Source: Orbicella franksi (lineage: Eukaryota). From it: 64,000 nucleotides of DNA. Below are positions 35,067 through 47,929 of this stretch, one piece after another. A program made the position numbers and the translations under genes. The DNA lies in assembly GCA_964199315.1 (NCBI GenBank), contig OZ116699.1, positions 27,404,001-27,468,000 of the forward strand. Reading direction: 5' to 3'. Within the stretch, counting starts at the first letter, position 1. Each line of letters starts with the position of its first letter. The notes beneath the pieces are model-generated. The model worked only from the letters and a program-made list of their open reading frames with translations, was not told where the DNA came from and ran no database searches.

Positions 35067-38000
35067 TTAAGTGTTAGTTGCGGAGGGTGATGACCAACCA
35101 TTAATGGTTGACATCCTTGAGCTAAAACTCCTCCTAGTAGAAGCAATTGCTTGTTTGAATCCCAGTTTGAACTGATCGCCCATGAATGCATAGAGCACAG
35201 GATTGGAAGCACTGTTTGAGAACATTAAGACGCTCGAGAAGCTTTGAAGAATTGGATAGAACCTGCAGAGAGGGAGAGAGGCAAAAAGCTTCAAGTAAGT
35301 CAAGCAGGAACAGGTCGGCATGGTAGCCTGGCAGTGGGCCTGCGCTTACATTCAGAGAATAAGCTAAGTTAAAAGAGCAGCAAGCATTAGCTGTCAGTTT
35401 GCGGCTTGTAAAAAGGTGGCGCATTTTGATGCCGGGCAATGTGTTGTACGTTTGAATGATAAATGTTTTACTGTCGAGGGACTCGAGCAACCATTACATT
35501 TTGTAATTAAGGAACAACAACGTTACCTGCCCGATGGGTCTTTAGTACCCGGATTTAGTGATAAGACCGCCCAGTAGCGTTCTTAATGTTGTCCGATCAG
35601 GAAATAGAAGATCCACCATATGATAGCAGCTGGGCAAGCGTACTATTAAGTGATTTGGCTGGGTGAATATGGATAGTATAAGTTTTTGTAATTATAACCA
35701 GGTGGAATTCCTGGCGGAATTGGCACATTGTAGCTGGCCAACATACTGAAACACGACATGTTTTATCTATTCGACTAGACGAGGCACTTGATCCAGCCCC
35801 GCTCATAACAACACTATGTAGGCTTTCAGCATCCTTTTAATGTACAATGATATTACTCGTATTTTTATTCACGTAAATGTCCCAGCTCCTCCCACCCAAC
35901 TGCTACATAAAGAATACAATCGGTTGTGACCAATAATTTACTAAAATAAAACAACAACTTGAACTTACGTGGATTTATATCCTCCGAAGTCCATCATGAA
36001 ATACAAAGTGTGAAATGGAAGGAAACACAACGCATAGCACACAACCACGGCTGCCAACATTTTGATAATCCGCTTTGTAGCTTGGGCCTGAGTAAAGCCT
36101 GGCCTATCAGCTGCCTCCTTGATAGCTTGACGAAGTTTTATGCCGATTTTTATGTAGATGAATATCATTATTGGAAGAGGGATGGTGTATGTCAACGCGA
36201 AAGTGCACAACAAGTATATTTTTGAGTACGGCATTCCCGTAGTTTGTGGCCAAACTTCCAAACATGCCACACCACCCGTTGGCTTGGGGATGATTGCCAT
36301 GACTCCTAGCAGTGGGAATGCTGGCAGAAGAGCAGTTAGCCATATCAGCAACATGATGAGCTTGCCTTGGTACCTTGAAATGCGCATGCCGAATGGATGC
36401 ACAATGGACTGATGACGATCTATGGAGACACATAAAGAGGCACATCATCGGATGATAAAGTTGCTGACTCGGTTCAATGTGAGAATTTAGAAGACTTGGA
36501 GAAAAAGGTAATAGGGACTACCAAACAAGTGTTTTTTTATTCATTATGCTGTAAGTGTACAGGTACGTTTGATCCTTACTACGTAACTGGTCTGCCTCCT
36601 GCCAGTGGGGATTTTTAACCATGTTATGTTTAGTTAGATTATTTGTTTTATTGTTGGTTTTCATTGGCCCTGATGGTGGTTAGTTAAGATACTTATTTAA
36701 GATGTTTATGAAGATTAAGTGCAATTAATTAGTATTTGACCGATCCAATTATATTGGTAAAGTTTTGTTGCGAAATGTTTTGCCTTAGGTACTGTCTACA
36801 ACTATCATTCAGCAGGAGACATGCTGATATCATCTTAAGCGACTACCCTGCATGAATATCATTTCTTGTTGTTATATATAGGATGTTGTGAATAGTCGGC
36901 TTACCTATTGAAATGGCCAACATGGTTCCTACTGATCCCATGACAAAACAAGACATGAGTGCGGGAAGGAGTTTGCACATCACTGCGCCAAACGGCCAGT
37001 TGAAGTTGAGCTCAAAGTAAACAACAGTAAACGGAATACAGAGCATTCCAACTCCAAGGTCGGCAACGGCCAGATTTGCAATCAGAAACCCCGTTACTGC
37101 AGAGACAAAGTATTCACGTATTACTGTTGACACAGTTTCTACATATGAATTACCGGTCAACACGACATTTATCTTAACTTCTGTATTAGTTTTCAAACTG
37201 GGAAGTTACTGAAATTGTTCTTCCCGGTGAACTTGTAAAAAACTGAAGGAAGTTGTAAAGAACTGTAAAATTTATGAATCACGATAGTATAAAAATTTCA
37301 AGACCTTCTAAGGAAATGCAATACAATCTGATAAACCAAAATAATTAAGCGTTGGTTCAAAATAGCAAAATATGTCTTATGAGAAGGGTGTCATAGGACG
37401 TTCTAAGAGACTTAGGGATCTTGAGATATTATCTCATCTTATTCTATCTTGCGATATACGGTTAAAAGTGTTTAAAGTGAAAGCTAATTTTTTTCGAAGA
37501 CTGTGGCTTTTAAATTGGATAAAACTGAAAAATCAAGGATATTGCATAACACTACAGCTCGCGCGTAAATGGTTTTACATATGTAAACAGATGCTCATAG
37601 TCAGTTTCTGACTATGAGCCATTCACTTGACTATTCACTTCTTGTTAAAAGGTACAAATGATTTATAATCAGGATAATTATTTTTTCACACTACTTGGTG
37701 GGAGTTTTGAGTATTCGAAAAAATGTGTTACCTCAAATGGCACGCAGAATCCATTTTTGTTTGCAGTTCCAAATTCCTACAGACTCGCTTCAGTAACTAA
37801 TGGTAGCCTGGACCGCAAGTTGACCATCAAGAGGATTTAGTTGAAAAGCCGTCCATTAGCGTTTTCAAGATTGAAAGGAAGTGGTCTAGGTAGTATCAGC
37901 AATCTTTTTGTAACACAGACACATGCGGGTGGTCAAGTAAATACACCTGTTTTCATAATTTTCCCAAAGAAAAGGAAAAAACTCAGGTTTGGCGATCATA

Positions 38001-39891
38001 ATGATGAGGTAGCCTCACAAAAAAATGTCATTTGTTTCCTTGCTGCCCACGTTATAGGTGGTCACTTCTTTGGTAAGAACTTTATAAGTGATGTTCAACA
38101 CGATTGGCGAAATACTGAAACAGTTCAGAATTTGGTTGATTCATGTCATGACCCCGAGCGATCTCTCGAGAAGATTGCTGAATTTCAAAACAAGATGCCA
38201 AGTCTTTTTTAGAGATGACCGAGAAAGACTGAATTTACCTATGAAATGTGAAATAGTTATGAGAACAAAGATTAACAGTTTAAAAACTCTTTATGTCATG
38301 TATCAAAAGTTAGTATTTCGAGCTTAATCTGCTTTTCCAGGGCCTCAAACTGTGAGAAGAAAAATGTTACACTAGTACTCATAGGTCACGAAAAGTTAGC
38401 ATGAAATTTCCTGAGGAACATGCGACGGCGGACTAATCAAATTGTAATGCCACGGACGAACGAAGCGGACGCCTTTGGCCTATCTTTTTTCTTGTTCAGT
38501 AAGACAGTCTTTAACAAAAGACGGAGTACAACACACTCATTGTGTATAATAAACACATTAATCCAAAGTTCTTTGTTCGAATCAGAGGTAGCAGAAGGAA
38601 AAGTTAATGCTTATGCAGCAGGACATGTCTTTATTCAATACATTAATTGATTAAAACCAGCGTTCTTTAGCATCCGGTCATAATTAGTTAGTCCTTAATT
38701 AATGGCGGTTAAATTTTGCCTTGAGAAAAGATACGAAGAGCCAATCGCCCCGAAGTTCAACGAATTTGTAGTTGTGAAAACACTAAAACTATTTTGTTAA
38801 ACGTCTTTGATTCAATAGATTCTTCCGTTGTCATTGTTCCTTTTCCTTCTTTGTTTTACGAGTGTTTGTTTTTCGTCTTTTGTGATCGGCAATTTCTACC
38901 ATAATCGACTCGCATCTGAAAAGACGGGAAGGAAGCAGTCAATAGAAACGTATTGAGGTGCCGAGAAAGAGATTCTCAATAGAGGATCTCCTGGAAGTTC
39001 TGCAAATTAGATGCACGACGAAAATGCGAAATACCAGGAATGTGTCGGCTGCAGACCGGTCAAAATGGAAAAACTAAGGTTAATGGAGTTAACGTTCAAG
39101 TAAGTATTCATGTGTACATAGCCAAGAAATGGGGCTGTCTTGTTTGCCTTTGAACAAAAACTTGTACACCTTTTCGTAAACGCGTGTGTTGATGCTGCGC
39201 GCTTTGAAGCTCGGCGGAAACACCACTGAGGCAGAACGTGGACTGAGAAAAGTTGGGTAATGAAGATTATTTGAGAGCCGATGATTACATTGCATTATTC
39301 TCAACTTAATCTTTCGTGCTGTATATTAGTAAAGTAGACGAATTATGTATGCATCATTCGGCCGTGATTGTCGTTTATTCCTGTCAGCATTTAACCAGTT
39401 TACTATTTAGGCGCGACGGCTGAAAAGGGTGGACTCACTAGTACTGCATACCTTAAATTGTAAGAAGTACAATACTCTAAGGGACGTTTGTTTATAGTTG
39501 GAACTACTTTCAAAATACAATTTCCTATTTAATTTTAACTGTTTTGTTGGCAGCGACACCATAAGAAAGGTTGTATGAAATGTTTTTGGGACGACAAAGG
39601 GGCTTAATCAGCGGGGTACTTGGTTTATCATTCCTTTCTGTAATCCTCTTAGCAGCTTTCGTTAAAAATACCGTAAGTTGAAGCAAAGAATTGAAAGATC
39701 TTACCTGTATGCAGTTCTCGTGTTTTGTATACCACAAAGATAACGAGAGCGTTTCCAAAAGTCGCCAGCAGGAATATAATCACGTACAACGTTAGGCGAA
39801 AAATTCGAAGAGCCAGTGGTTCCACGATGTAGACCATTTCAGTTGGCCCTTCTGTAACCTCGGACTGGTTTGGTGCCAGAGAGCTATCCAT
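35067..39891 (-). CDS. Class A GPCR, neuropeptide/RFamide-receptor-like, paralogue 2 (isoform with proximal terminal exon 4a)
   Basis: Exons 39891-39705, 37096-36905, 36419-35969, 35262-35067 (phases 1,1,2, same positions as paralogue 1). Motifs: FGN, LIANLAVADL, WPFGAVMCK, SIDRH, CFLPFH, NSASNPVLY, DQFKLGF. Confidence 0.92.
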
Positions 39892-42435
39892 TTTCCAGAC
39901 GAAAATTAGTCTGCTTTGCTCGAGTAGTACTTATGATGATCCACGCCTGATCAGATGTCCCAATGACTTGTTTTCAAGAGAATTACTATTAGGTTTGTAT
40001 ATTTCATCCTTGGACCAACTTGGACTCATCCGTTTTGACATCTGCTTTGACGGGACCCTTTTAGCTCTCTACCTATTAGAGAAATTATGGCTTTTTGTGT
40101 GTTGTAATGCGACCTCTGAGTTTACTTACATAACAAATAAACGTCCATTAAAGGAAACAGGTTAGATTTGTTTCCTGATTACAAGGCGTCAGAGGCATAT
40201 TTTTGCCTTTCAACTTCAGCAGGGATTCAACTTTGAAGAACCTAGTGCTGAAATCTCAAGTTGGATCGTATTAAGAAACCCTTGGAGATGTCAGATCGTA
40301 TCATTTTAATAGCTATTTAAAAAGCTGAGTCGGGATTGTTGATAAACAAAGAACATATGGGGCGCCAAATTTCACAAATGTGGATTAGCATTGTGAATAT
40401 TTGATTGTCAAGATGAAAAAGAAAACATGAATGAAATTCAATTTGGCAAGGTCCTATCTCGGTGACCCCATAAAGCCATACAACCATCTTAGACCGTATT
40501 GTCCACCCTTTTGGAGTCAAAACGCTGTATTCAATAATTGTCACGTAGCACTGTCAATCTCAAAAAGAAAGGACAGCGATTCAGCATTACCATCATAAAG
40601 AAAGGATCCAAACTAATTAATTTATTAGTAATTACGAAACTTAATACCACCACTTCTTCTGAATGACGCACATCAAAGACATCAAGACACTTTGATGCCC
40701 GGAAACGTTCAGTTTTATAATTTGACAAAAGGTTTTCAGTGGTACGTCTGGCATGCCAACCAACACGTATTAAAATGAAGCTTACCAAATTGACATGATC
40801 CACTGGAATAGCTTGTTTCAAACAATGACTCATGACGTAGACTGATGGAAGTTGAATAAAGTACCAGGAGCACGTGCAAGGTATGCATATCGTGAAACTC
40901 ATTCTAAACCAGCGAAATCACAAGGAAGCAAAAGAGAACCATCACTCTGAGCTGACATGGATTTATTGTCAAAACAAGTCTGTTTCTTGAATCATTATAT
41001 TTGTTTTCAGTTCATTGGTAACGAGTTTACTGCATTTATAATAGCCATCTGTAAGCGTAATACTGGCAAAATACCCATAAAGGTTGCATTATGGGTCAGA
41101 TTAAACAGAGAGGAACTCGAAATACTGATTCATGGCTCGTTTCTATCGCTTCCGACGTACTGCTTTGGGTGAATAAGGCGGTTACCATCACAGGCTAATT
41201 GGTTGACATATTGTAGTAAGAAACTACAAGTACTAATTGCAATTGGTAATCAACTAATGAGTCATTGCGTAACCGACTGAGCAAATTTCCGTTACATAAT
41301 TACCAAGAAAAAAAATAATCTAAAACAATCAGACTCTAATCTTTCAAACTCCGCCGTATAAAGTGGCTTTGAAAATTAACACAAAAGGGGAAAACAAGAA
41401 CGTTCCAGTTTGAGGAAACTATCTGTACGTAAACCAATTTGCCGTCATTGCTAATTAAGAGCGAAAAAGGCAGATGATTTAAAAGAAGGTATCAAACAGC
41501 TTACAAGAGGCAGAGCAAAGAAAACTATCACTAAAAGTTCCCTTTAATAAAGGATTTGATAACAACAGCCCTAGCTTATAGATCTAGTCGTTAATACACA
41601 ACTTCCCAGTAGAAACAGCCAGACTTCTCGCTGGGAAGGTAGCGTCTAAAATAACATTTAACGACCCAGTTTACCAATTACAAAGTGCTTGTTTGTAACT
41701 TATGACATAGTCTACACACGCACGCAGGTCCCCGGGACGCAGGTCAGCACTAAATAGATATAAACATTAAAATGGTACAGAGCATAAATTATCAAATTCC
41801 TCAGAAGGAAAGCGAGACACACGTGGCCGGCCACACCTATCTCGTACTATGCGAGAACCTCTGCTATTTCATAAATATTTTTTTCACGTCGTTAAGTAGT
41901 ACTGTACATGTGTTCTGCTGGATATCCATACATATTAATTAACCATGCCACCTTTTCTGGATTCTTATATATATATACTGTACAAATAAATTATATAGAT
42001 ATATCTAAAAGGTTCCCACAAATATCATTATACTAAGTTATTAAATATACGTGTATTCTTTCTCTGTAAAAACTCTCAAATAAATTTATCAACTAAAATA
42101 AAGACAATTTTAGGCTAACGAATGTTGTACGTAACTAGTTCTTTTAGTATCGTCAAACTATTGTGGATCATAAAAATACTAAAAATCCGGATCACATATC
42201 ACTATCGATTTCAACGGCTGGAGCAAGATAAAATTAAATAAAAAGAGGGGGACGGGGAAGGGGAGAAACGTTTCATCTAAGGTCCTTTTCAGCATTTGCA
42301 TTAGGATAAGCAATTCGCCAAAGAACTCGCGTGATGACTACGCTAGTGTTTAATACTTACGTTATTTTATAAAGATAAATTAGCTACAGTGCTGTCTGTA
42401 CCGAATACATGTATGTATACTATGTGTGACCATTT

Positions 42436-45062
42436 TCAAACGGTTTCTTCCTCCTCCCTCTCTTCCGCAACTTCATTGACGCGTTGATCCATCTTTAGGC
42501 GCCATCGCAGATGAGAGGGTAACGCTCGTTTGCCCAGATGGTTGCCTAAATTTGCCACCTCTCTTTCAAACTCTGCCAGTAACAGAACAGGGTCGTTAAT
42601 TTGTGAATGGTGAGTGACTAGGCCAACGTGAATCTGCCCGCCATGATTTGTGATCGAGATTGACAAACCACTTTCTGTTTTTCTAGGCGTCCAGCAGGTC
42701 ATCATTTTCGCCATTTTTCCATTGAGAAACACTGGCATGTTTGGTCCTGGTATTTGGGTCACTGTACATGATACCTTGTTTATCAGATAGTTGATCAATC
42801 GTCTCACCATAGGCAAAGGGAATAGCAACAGGCAAAGCTTCATGAAACCGTAGATGATAATGCTTTCCAGGGTAAAGGAAAACTTGTCTATTCTACGCCT
42901 CGTTTCCCACAGTCGAGGCACAGCACCTTGAGAGATATAAACGTTAAAATGTCTGGTAAGCTAAGTAAATCTACAGCAGTCGGCCCGATTGCGCTACTCA
43001 TAGTTCGTAAGTAACGCGACTTATTCATACGTTAGACACAAAAGTGGCCCTGCTGTCGACACTAGTACTACCTCCGCATGGATGGAATGCTACTTCATCC
43101 CTAGCACATCGCAGGCCCACAGTGTAATTGCCGCGATTCCCTAACAGATCGCTGTTACCTGGATGGAAAAGGAGCGCAAAGTACAATACGGACAACACGA
43201 GAAGACTATAAAATATTTGGCGCTAAAGGTGAACCTATAACTCATGGATCTGGAGTCTGTTAGCCCAAAACCTTAGAGAAATTAATAACAATGGGGATTA
43301 GTGCCACCTTAACTTATCTAAAAGGAGACCACCAAAACAAGGGGTGCCCAACACGGTACATGTAGGTCATGTGGGTTGGATACTTAATCAGATTGCTGCT
43401 TTTGTTGTTGATCTTTCAAAGTAAATGTATGTGATTTTTTGCTGTATCCAATGACTGAGAACACGTTGGCTTTTTTCTTGCCCAGAGAGGAGTAACATTG
43501 ATACCCAGGATGACTAAACACCAGCTTACATGTTTTAGAAAATCATGATTACTTCAGTGTATTATTGACATTTGTTGTGAATCACTTTGATTTTGGTTTT
43601 CAGACAGTCATTGAAAGCCACTCAATTGCAACCGATTCACTTCTCTTTAATCACTTCCTTAGGTGCTTCATGAACAGTATGAATCAATTGTTCAAACAAT
43701 CTAACTTATCTGCTGAAGTTCTCAGCAGCTGGAAATGTCCATAAAATTTCATTTATGAAAGAAAAACAAGAAATTCTTGATAAAAAAAATTATTTTTGCA
43801 TTATTAGTTTGAGTAGTTTATTCCTATTAATTTGTGAGAGGTTACTCAGACGAGTTATAGAACATTCCCTGCGGTATCATATTATAAGCAGAAAATGCTG
43901 CCAAAGGTTGAGGTGCATGCAAAAAGCTATGGAGGTTTACCATTTGTACGCATTGCGGGCCTAAAGCATGGTATATTAAGAATGTGAAAAAATTTCCATT
44001 GCCAACCATATTGCCAGCACATTGGTGATCAGTCTAGCAGCTTAATTTAATGGACAACCAATCCAGGGGCTGATCCAGGATTTTCCTTAGGAGGGGGTGG
44101 CATAACTGACTGGAGAGGTAAACAAATATTAAAAGCAAATATGAAGAAGGCTTCATCTCAGAGGGGGCGGAGGTGCACCCCCTGCACCCTCCCCCCAGAT
44201 CTACCCCTGATATCTGAACACACTCCTTCATGGCACTGGGTTTAAAATATCAGTTAGGGGATCAATTTACCTGGCTTCAACTAAAACTTGTTTTAACCCA
44301 GTACAATGATCAACATAGGAAAGAGGTTTGACATAACCACTGTACCTTCTGTTCCTACTGGAAGTTTGATAAATGCAAGAGAAAATTTGTTGTCCAGCTG
44401 GAGTTTGGTGTGTTGAGGTCTGACATCCGTCCTAATACAGACCAGAATGTCATCAGGGTATTGCACTCTACATCTCTGAAGAAATGAACGGATTGCACCA
44501 GCCACACAGGAAAGGAGAATGATGTCCACTGAAACCAGAAAAAGAAATTTTTTTTATCTTAATTTAAGTTTCATATTTGAATTTTTTACTTAAATAACAG
44601 TTTTCAGCAAATTATATCTCTTGGACACAATTCTTTGAATTAATATTTATGTACATTAAATAAATTTAAAGTAAAATGTGTTTAAAACCTAGAAAAGATG
44701 ATGCATAAAGTACATTAACATTTGCATAACAAATATATCAGATTAAGGCTATGGTATAGTGTCATCTAGATTTATAGTGTTTGGTTGCTGTGGTAAAAAC
44801 AGTGGTATTGTCTTGTCTTAACGGTAATGGCTTTGCTTTCTAATATTTTAATGTGTCTCATATCTTAGTTTTTAACATTATTGTAGCATATTTGAGAATC
44901 TTTCTACATTATTAATTTTTAATACGTTATCTTTTTACTCTGTAATATTTATATGAGGGCCACTGGTTTTTCAGTAATTTACTATTCTGTGTTACCCTCG
45001 TTAAATAAAGTCGATTATTTTTATTATTATTATTATTATTATTGTTGTTGTTGTTGTTTTTG

Positions 45063-45096
<34 letters not shown>

Positions 45097-47929
45097 CAAA
45101 AACTTGAAAACACATTTAAATAAATTTCCAAAACTGCTCAGTCTCCTAGTCAAAATATAAGGTCTACTGAGTAATTGTTGTTAGTTCATTCTGAATTTGT
45201 TCCTATATCAAGCAAATCACCTAATCATACAACATGTTCACAAGAGGTCATGATGAAATCTTTAAGTTGTAGTGAAAAGGCCCTATACAAGCAAGAATCT
45301 TAACCACAATCTTGCATAATACAGTATCCTGTTTCAGTCCCATAAAATAAACAGCTGTACATGAATTCAGTCAGTATGTTATCCTTGTGTAAGTTGCTTA
45401 GATGCAAAAGTAATAATTTGAATTTTACTCTGGTTGACAACATCCATGTACATGTAAATGTAAACTTTACTTGTAAAGTATAGTTAACCACAAGAGCTTA
45501 TTATTACTGTCCATCGATATGTCTCAGGTACAGAGATGCTATTCTGTTACTGTGTAAGTGCATTACGAACATTCCAAGGAACTTGATACCATAAACAATG
45601 GACACTACTAGCTATGTTGTCTCGGTATCCTTATCAACAATTAAGGCTCATGTCAATGGTATTAATCCCATCCATTACTATTGTTTGCTCATCTTAGGTT
45701 ATCAGTTTTACTATCTGTTGCATATCCGGTCTCAACAAATAGTACTCACGAACATGTTATGCTACACCAGTCTTTGTACCAGCAGCATGCTAGGCACATC
45801 AGCTATTTTTCCTTGGCTAGTATACAGTGTTTCCTTTCCCTCCTCTACCCTCTCCATAAATAAACTTGGACAACTGGCCTGGGTGCACACCTTCCACTTA
45901 GCTATTGCCCACGTCAGGCTGGGTGGGCCCCTTACCCCACCTTATTCTTAGCTACCTAAGCAGCTAGGTTGGGGGGCTTCATTCTCTGGGTGAGTGCGCT
46001 ATCACCCCAATTCATTCAGTGGGTGTGTCCGCCAACCGCCCAAGTTTCTGCTTTGGGGTTCGTGTCTGCTAACCACCCCACATTGTGTTTATGCTTTGGG
46101 GTTTGAGTTCGCTAACTGCCCCACTTTGTTTGCAGGGTGTGTCCGCTAACCATCCAATTACCTGTCCAGGGTGTGTCGCTACCACCTACTCTCGTTGCTA
46201 TCCCAGGGAGCACCCAGTGTCCATGGTCCCATTTACTGCCAGATTCGTCTTGTTTTTTTCTTTGTTCATACAATATTATTAGAGAGCGAGTTGAACGCAT
46301 TACCCGCGGGTAATCTGCCAGAAATTACGGTACATATGATTAAAATCTGAAATCTGATGTGCATATAGTTAGCTTGAGGAATGTGGCTGAAAATGGCTAT
46401 TTTCAAACAGCTGTCCATGACTGCAATTGTTCTGTAGGCTCACAAATTATTAAGAATAAAAAGCAGCGATATTAAAGAATGACGTTTCGACGGCTCCATG
46501 CCATCATTCTCAAATTCAAATACGATATCTTATTTGAATTTGAGAATGATGGCATGGAGCCGTCGAAACATCATTCTTTAATATCGCTGCTTTTTATTCT
46601 TAACTGGCTTGCAAATTTGTTTATTTATTTTTTTTGATAGCTACAGAGTTAATAACTCTACCATTGGCACCTTTGTGCCCATTCTATGGCTGTTAGCTTA
46701 CCCTTACACTTTACACAACACAAAATTGCCTTTAATATTATGTAGAACTTGTTTAAAATAGTAGTTTCTCTACCATAAGTTGCTTATCATTGTACCAGTG
46801 GCAATGTAGCTGATGAATTTGTTTATTCTCATTACCTGTCTGCTTCACAGTAAACTGAGAAAGTAGATGTTGATTAATTCGTGAGATTAAAAGTATAGAA
46901 ACAAATATTTCACAGATGTAAATTACCTTTAGTGCGAGTAATATCCTTGATCCTCTTGACAGACTTAAAATCTATGGGACCAGACCACGAGACATGAAAA
47001 GAATCGTTTATAGATGTACTTCCCTCGCTTTGATTGGCCACAAAGAAATCATCTTGACTTTTCATGAGGAGTCTTTTGAGAATGACAAGTGGTCCAGTGA
47101 AGCAAGCACAGAAATATGTCGCTAATCGTCCCAAGAGAAAACAATGCCTCTTGAGATACACGGTCTTATAATCAAGAGAGTCTAACACAATTCTCATTAA
47201 AGGAAATATATCCGCAATGCTCTCATGTATTTGAAACAATACTCCAGTATCATTGCTGTCATTGAATTTCGGAAACAGAGTCACTCTCCACATCTTCTCA
47301 AGATCCTTGAAGTTCGATAGTTCAGTGATTTCTCTCCAATTCTCAAGGTTCGCAGACGAATTCTCTTTACTTTCAAGAACATAATTACCTATGTTTAGAT
47401 TGTCAAATTCCTTCCATCCATACCCGCTTAGTACCCTCACGGGAGACTGTCTAAATTTTAGCAATCGCAAATTTCCATGCAAGATTCCTTGCTGTAGTAA
47501 TTTGTCTCTGACAAAATTTTGAACTTCGTCGATGGTGACCATTCCCTCAAAAAGAAAGAATAAATTGTTCACTGGCGCTGTATTTACACAACTCGTCTGT
47601 AGCCACACTGCCTCTGATGTGGACATTTTGCTCAGCTTGCCATCTCGATGACGCCGAATACTGCAATAAAGAATAAGTTTCCTGACGAAAAAACACACAG
47701 GAACAACGAGAATCACGGCACAGAGAAACAACGCGAAAAGAGTAACGTTAATAATGAAGACAGTTAAAGATATGAAGAATCTTGCCAAGAAAACAGTTTC
47801 GGTGGGGTGCGTGAGCCGTTTGCTCTTCCCGTGAGATTTGTTTTGAGCCAGTGTTTCTTGTGGGGATGTCTGGTTCAAACGATGAATGCTTCTTGGAGAT
47901 GCCCAGCATTTGTCGGTTGTAGAACACAT
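42436..47929 (-). CDS. Wax ester synthase/diacylglycerol acyltransferase (WS/DGAT)-fold protein with N-terminal TM helix; catalytic motif degenerate
   Basis: Exons 47929-46927, 44528-44346, 42926-42436 (phase 1,1; 1677 nt = 558 aa + stop). Family-like segments: MSTSEAVWLQ; WRVTLFP; LFQIHESIADI at the HHxxxDG position; KVDIILLSCVAGAIRSFL; DNKFSLAFIKLPV; C-terminal TVTQIPGPNMPVFLNGK and GLSISITNHGGQIHVGL. Hydrophobic stretch FFISLTVFIINVTLFALFLCAVILVVPVCFFV near the N-terminus. Confidence 0.87.
44064..44209. mobile_element. Short MITE with CAGGGG termini
   Basis: caggggctgatcc / gatctacccctg; no clear TSD. Confidence 0.55.
45014..45096. repeat. Compound (TAT)n/(TGT)n microsatellite
   Basis: Directly visible trinucleotide runs. 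Confidence 0.95.
46450..46603. repeat. Near-perfect palindrome (73-bp arms, 8-nt loop, one mismatch)
   Basis: ttaagaataaaaagcagcgatattaaagaatgacgtttcgacggctccatgccatcattctcaaattcaaata-cgatatct-reverse complement. Confidence 0.92.

Noticed and set aside
37841-38212. 123-aa + strand ORF inside a GPCR intron
   Set aside because: TTG start, no domain, no coherent flanking exons.
40300-40900. Possible decayed LINE reverse transcriptase
   Set aside because: Only a vague resemblance; no YxDD or other diagnostic motif found.
46530-46575. Active hammerhead ribozyme
   Set aside because: The CUGANGA core is not present and no stems I/III with a cleavage triplet could be drawn.
42436-47929. Bacterial contamination or recent HGT as the source of the WS/DGAT gene
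   Set aside because: It has two canonical phase-1 spliceosomal introns containing host-type repeats, and host-like base composition.
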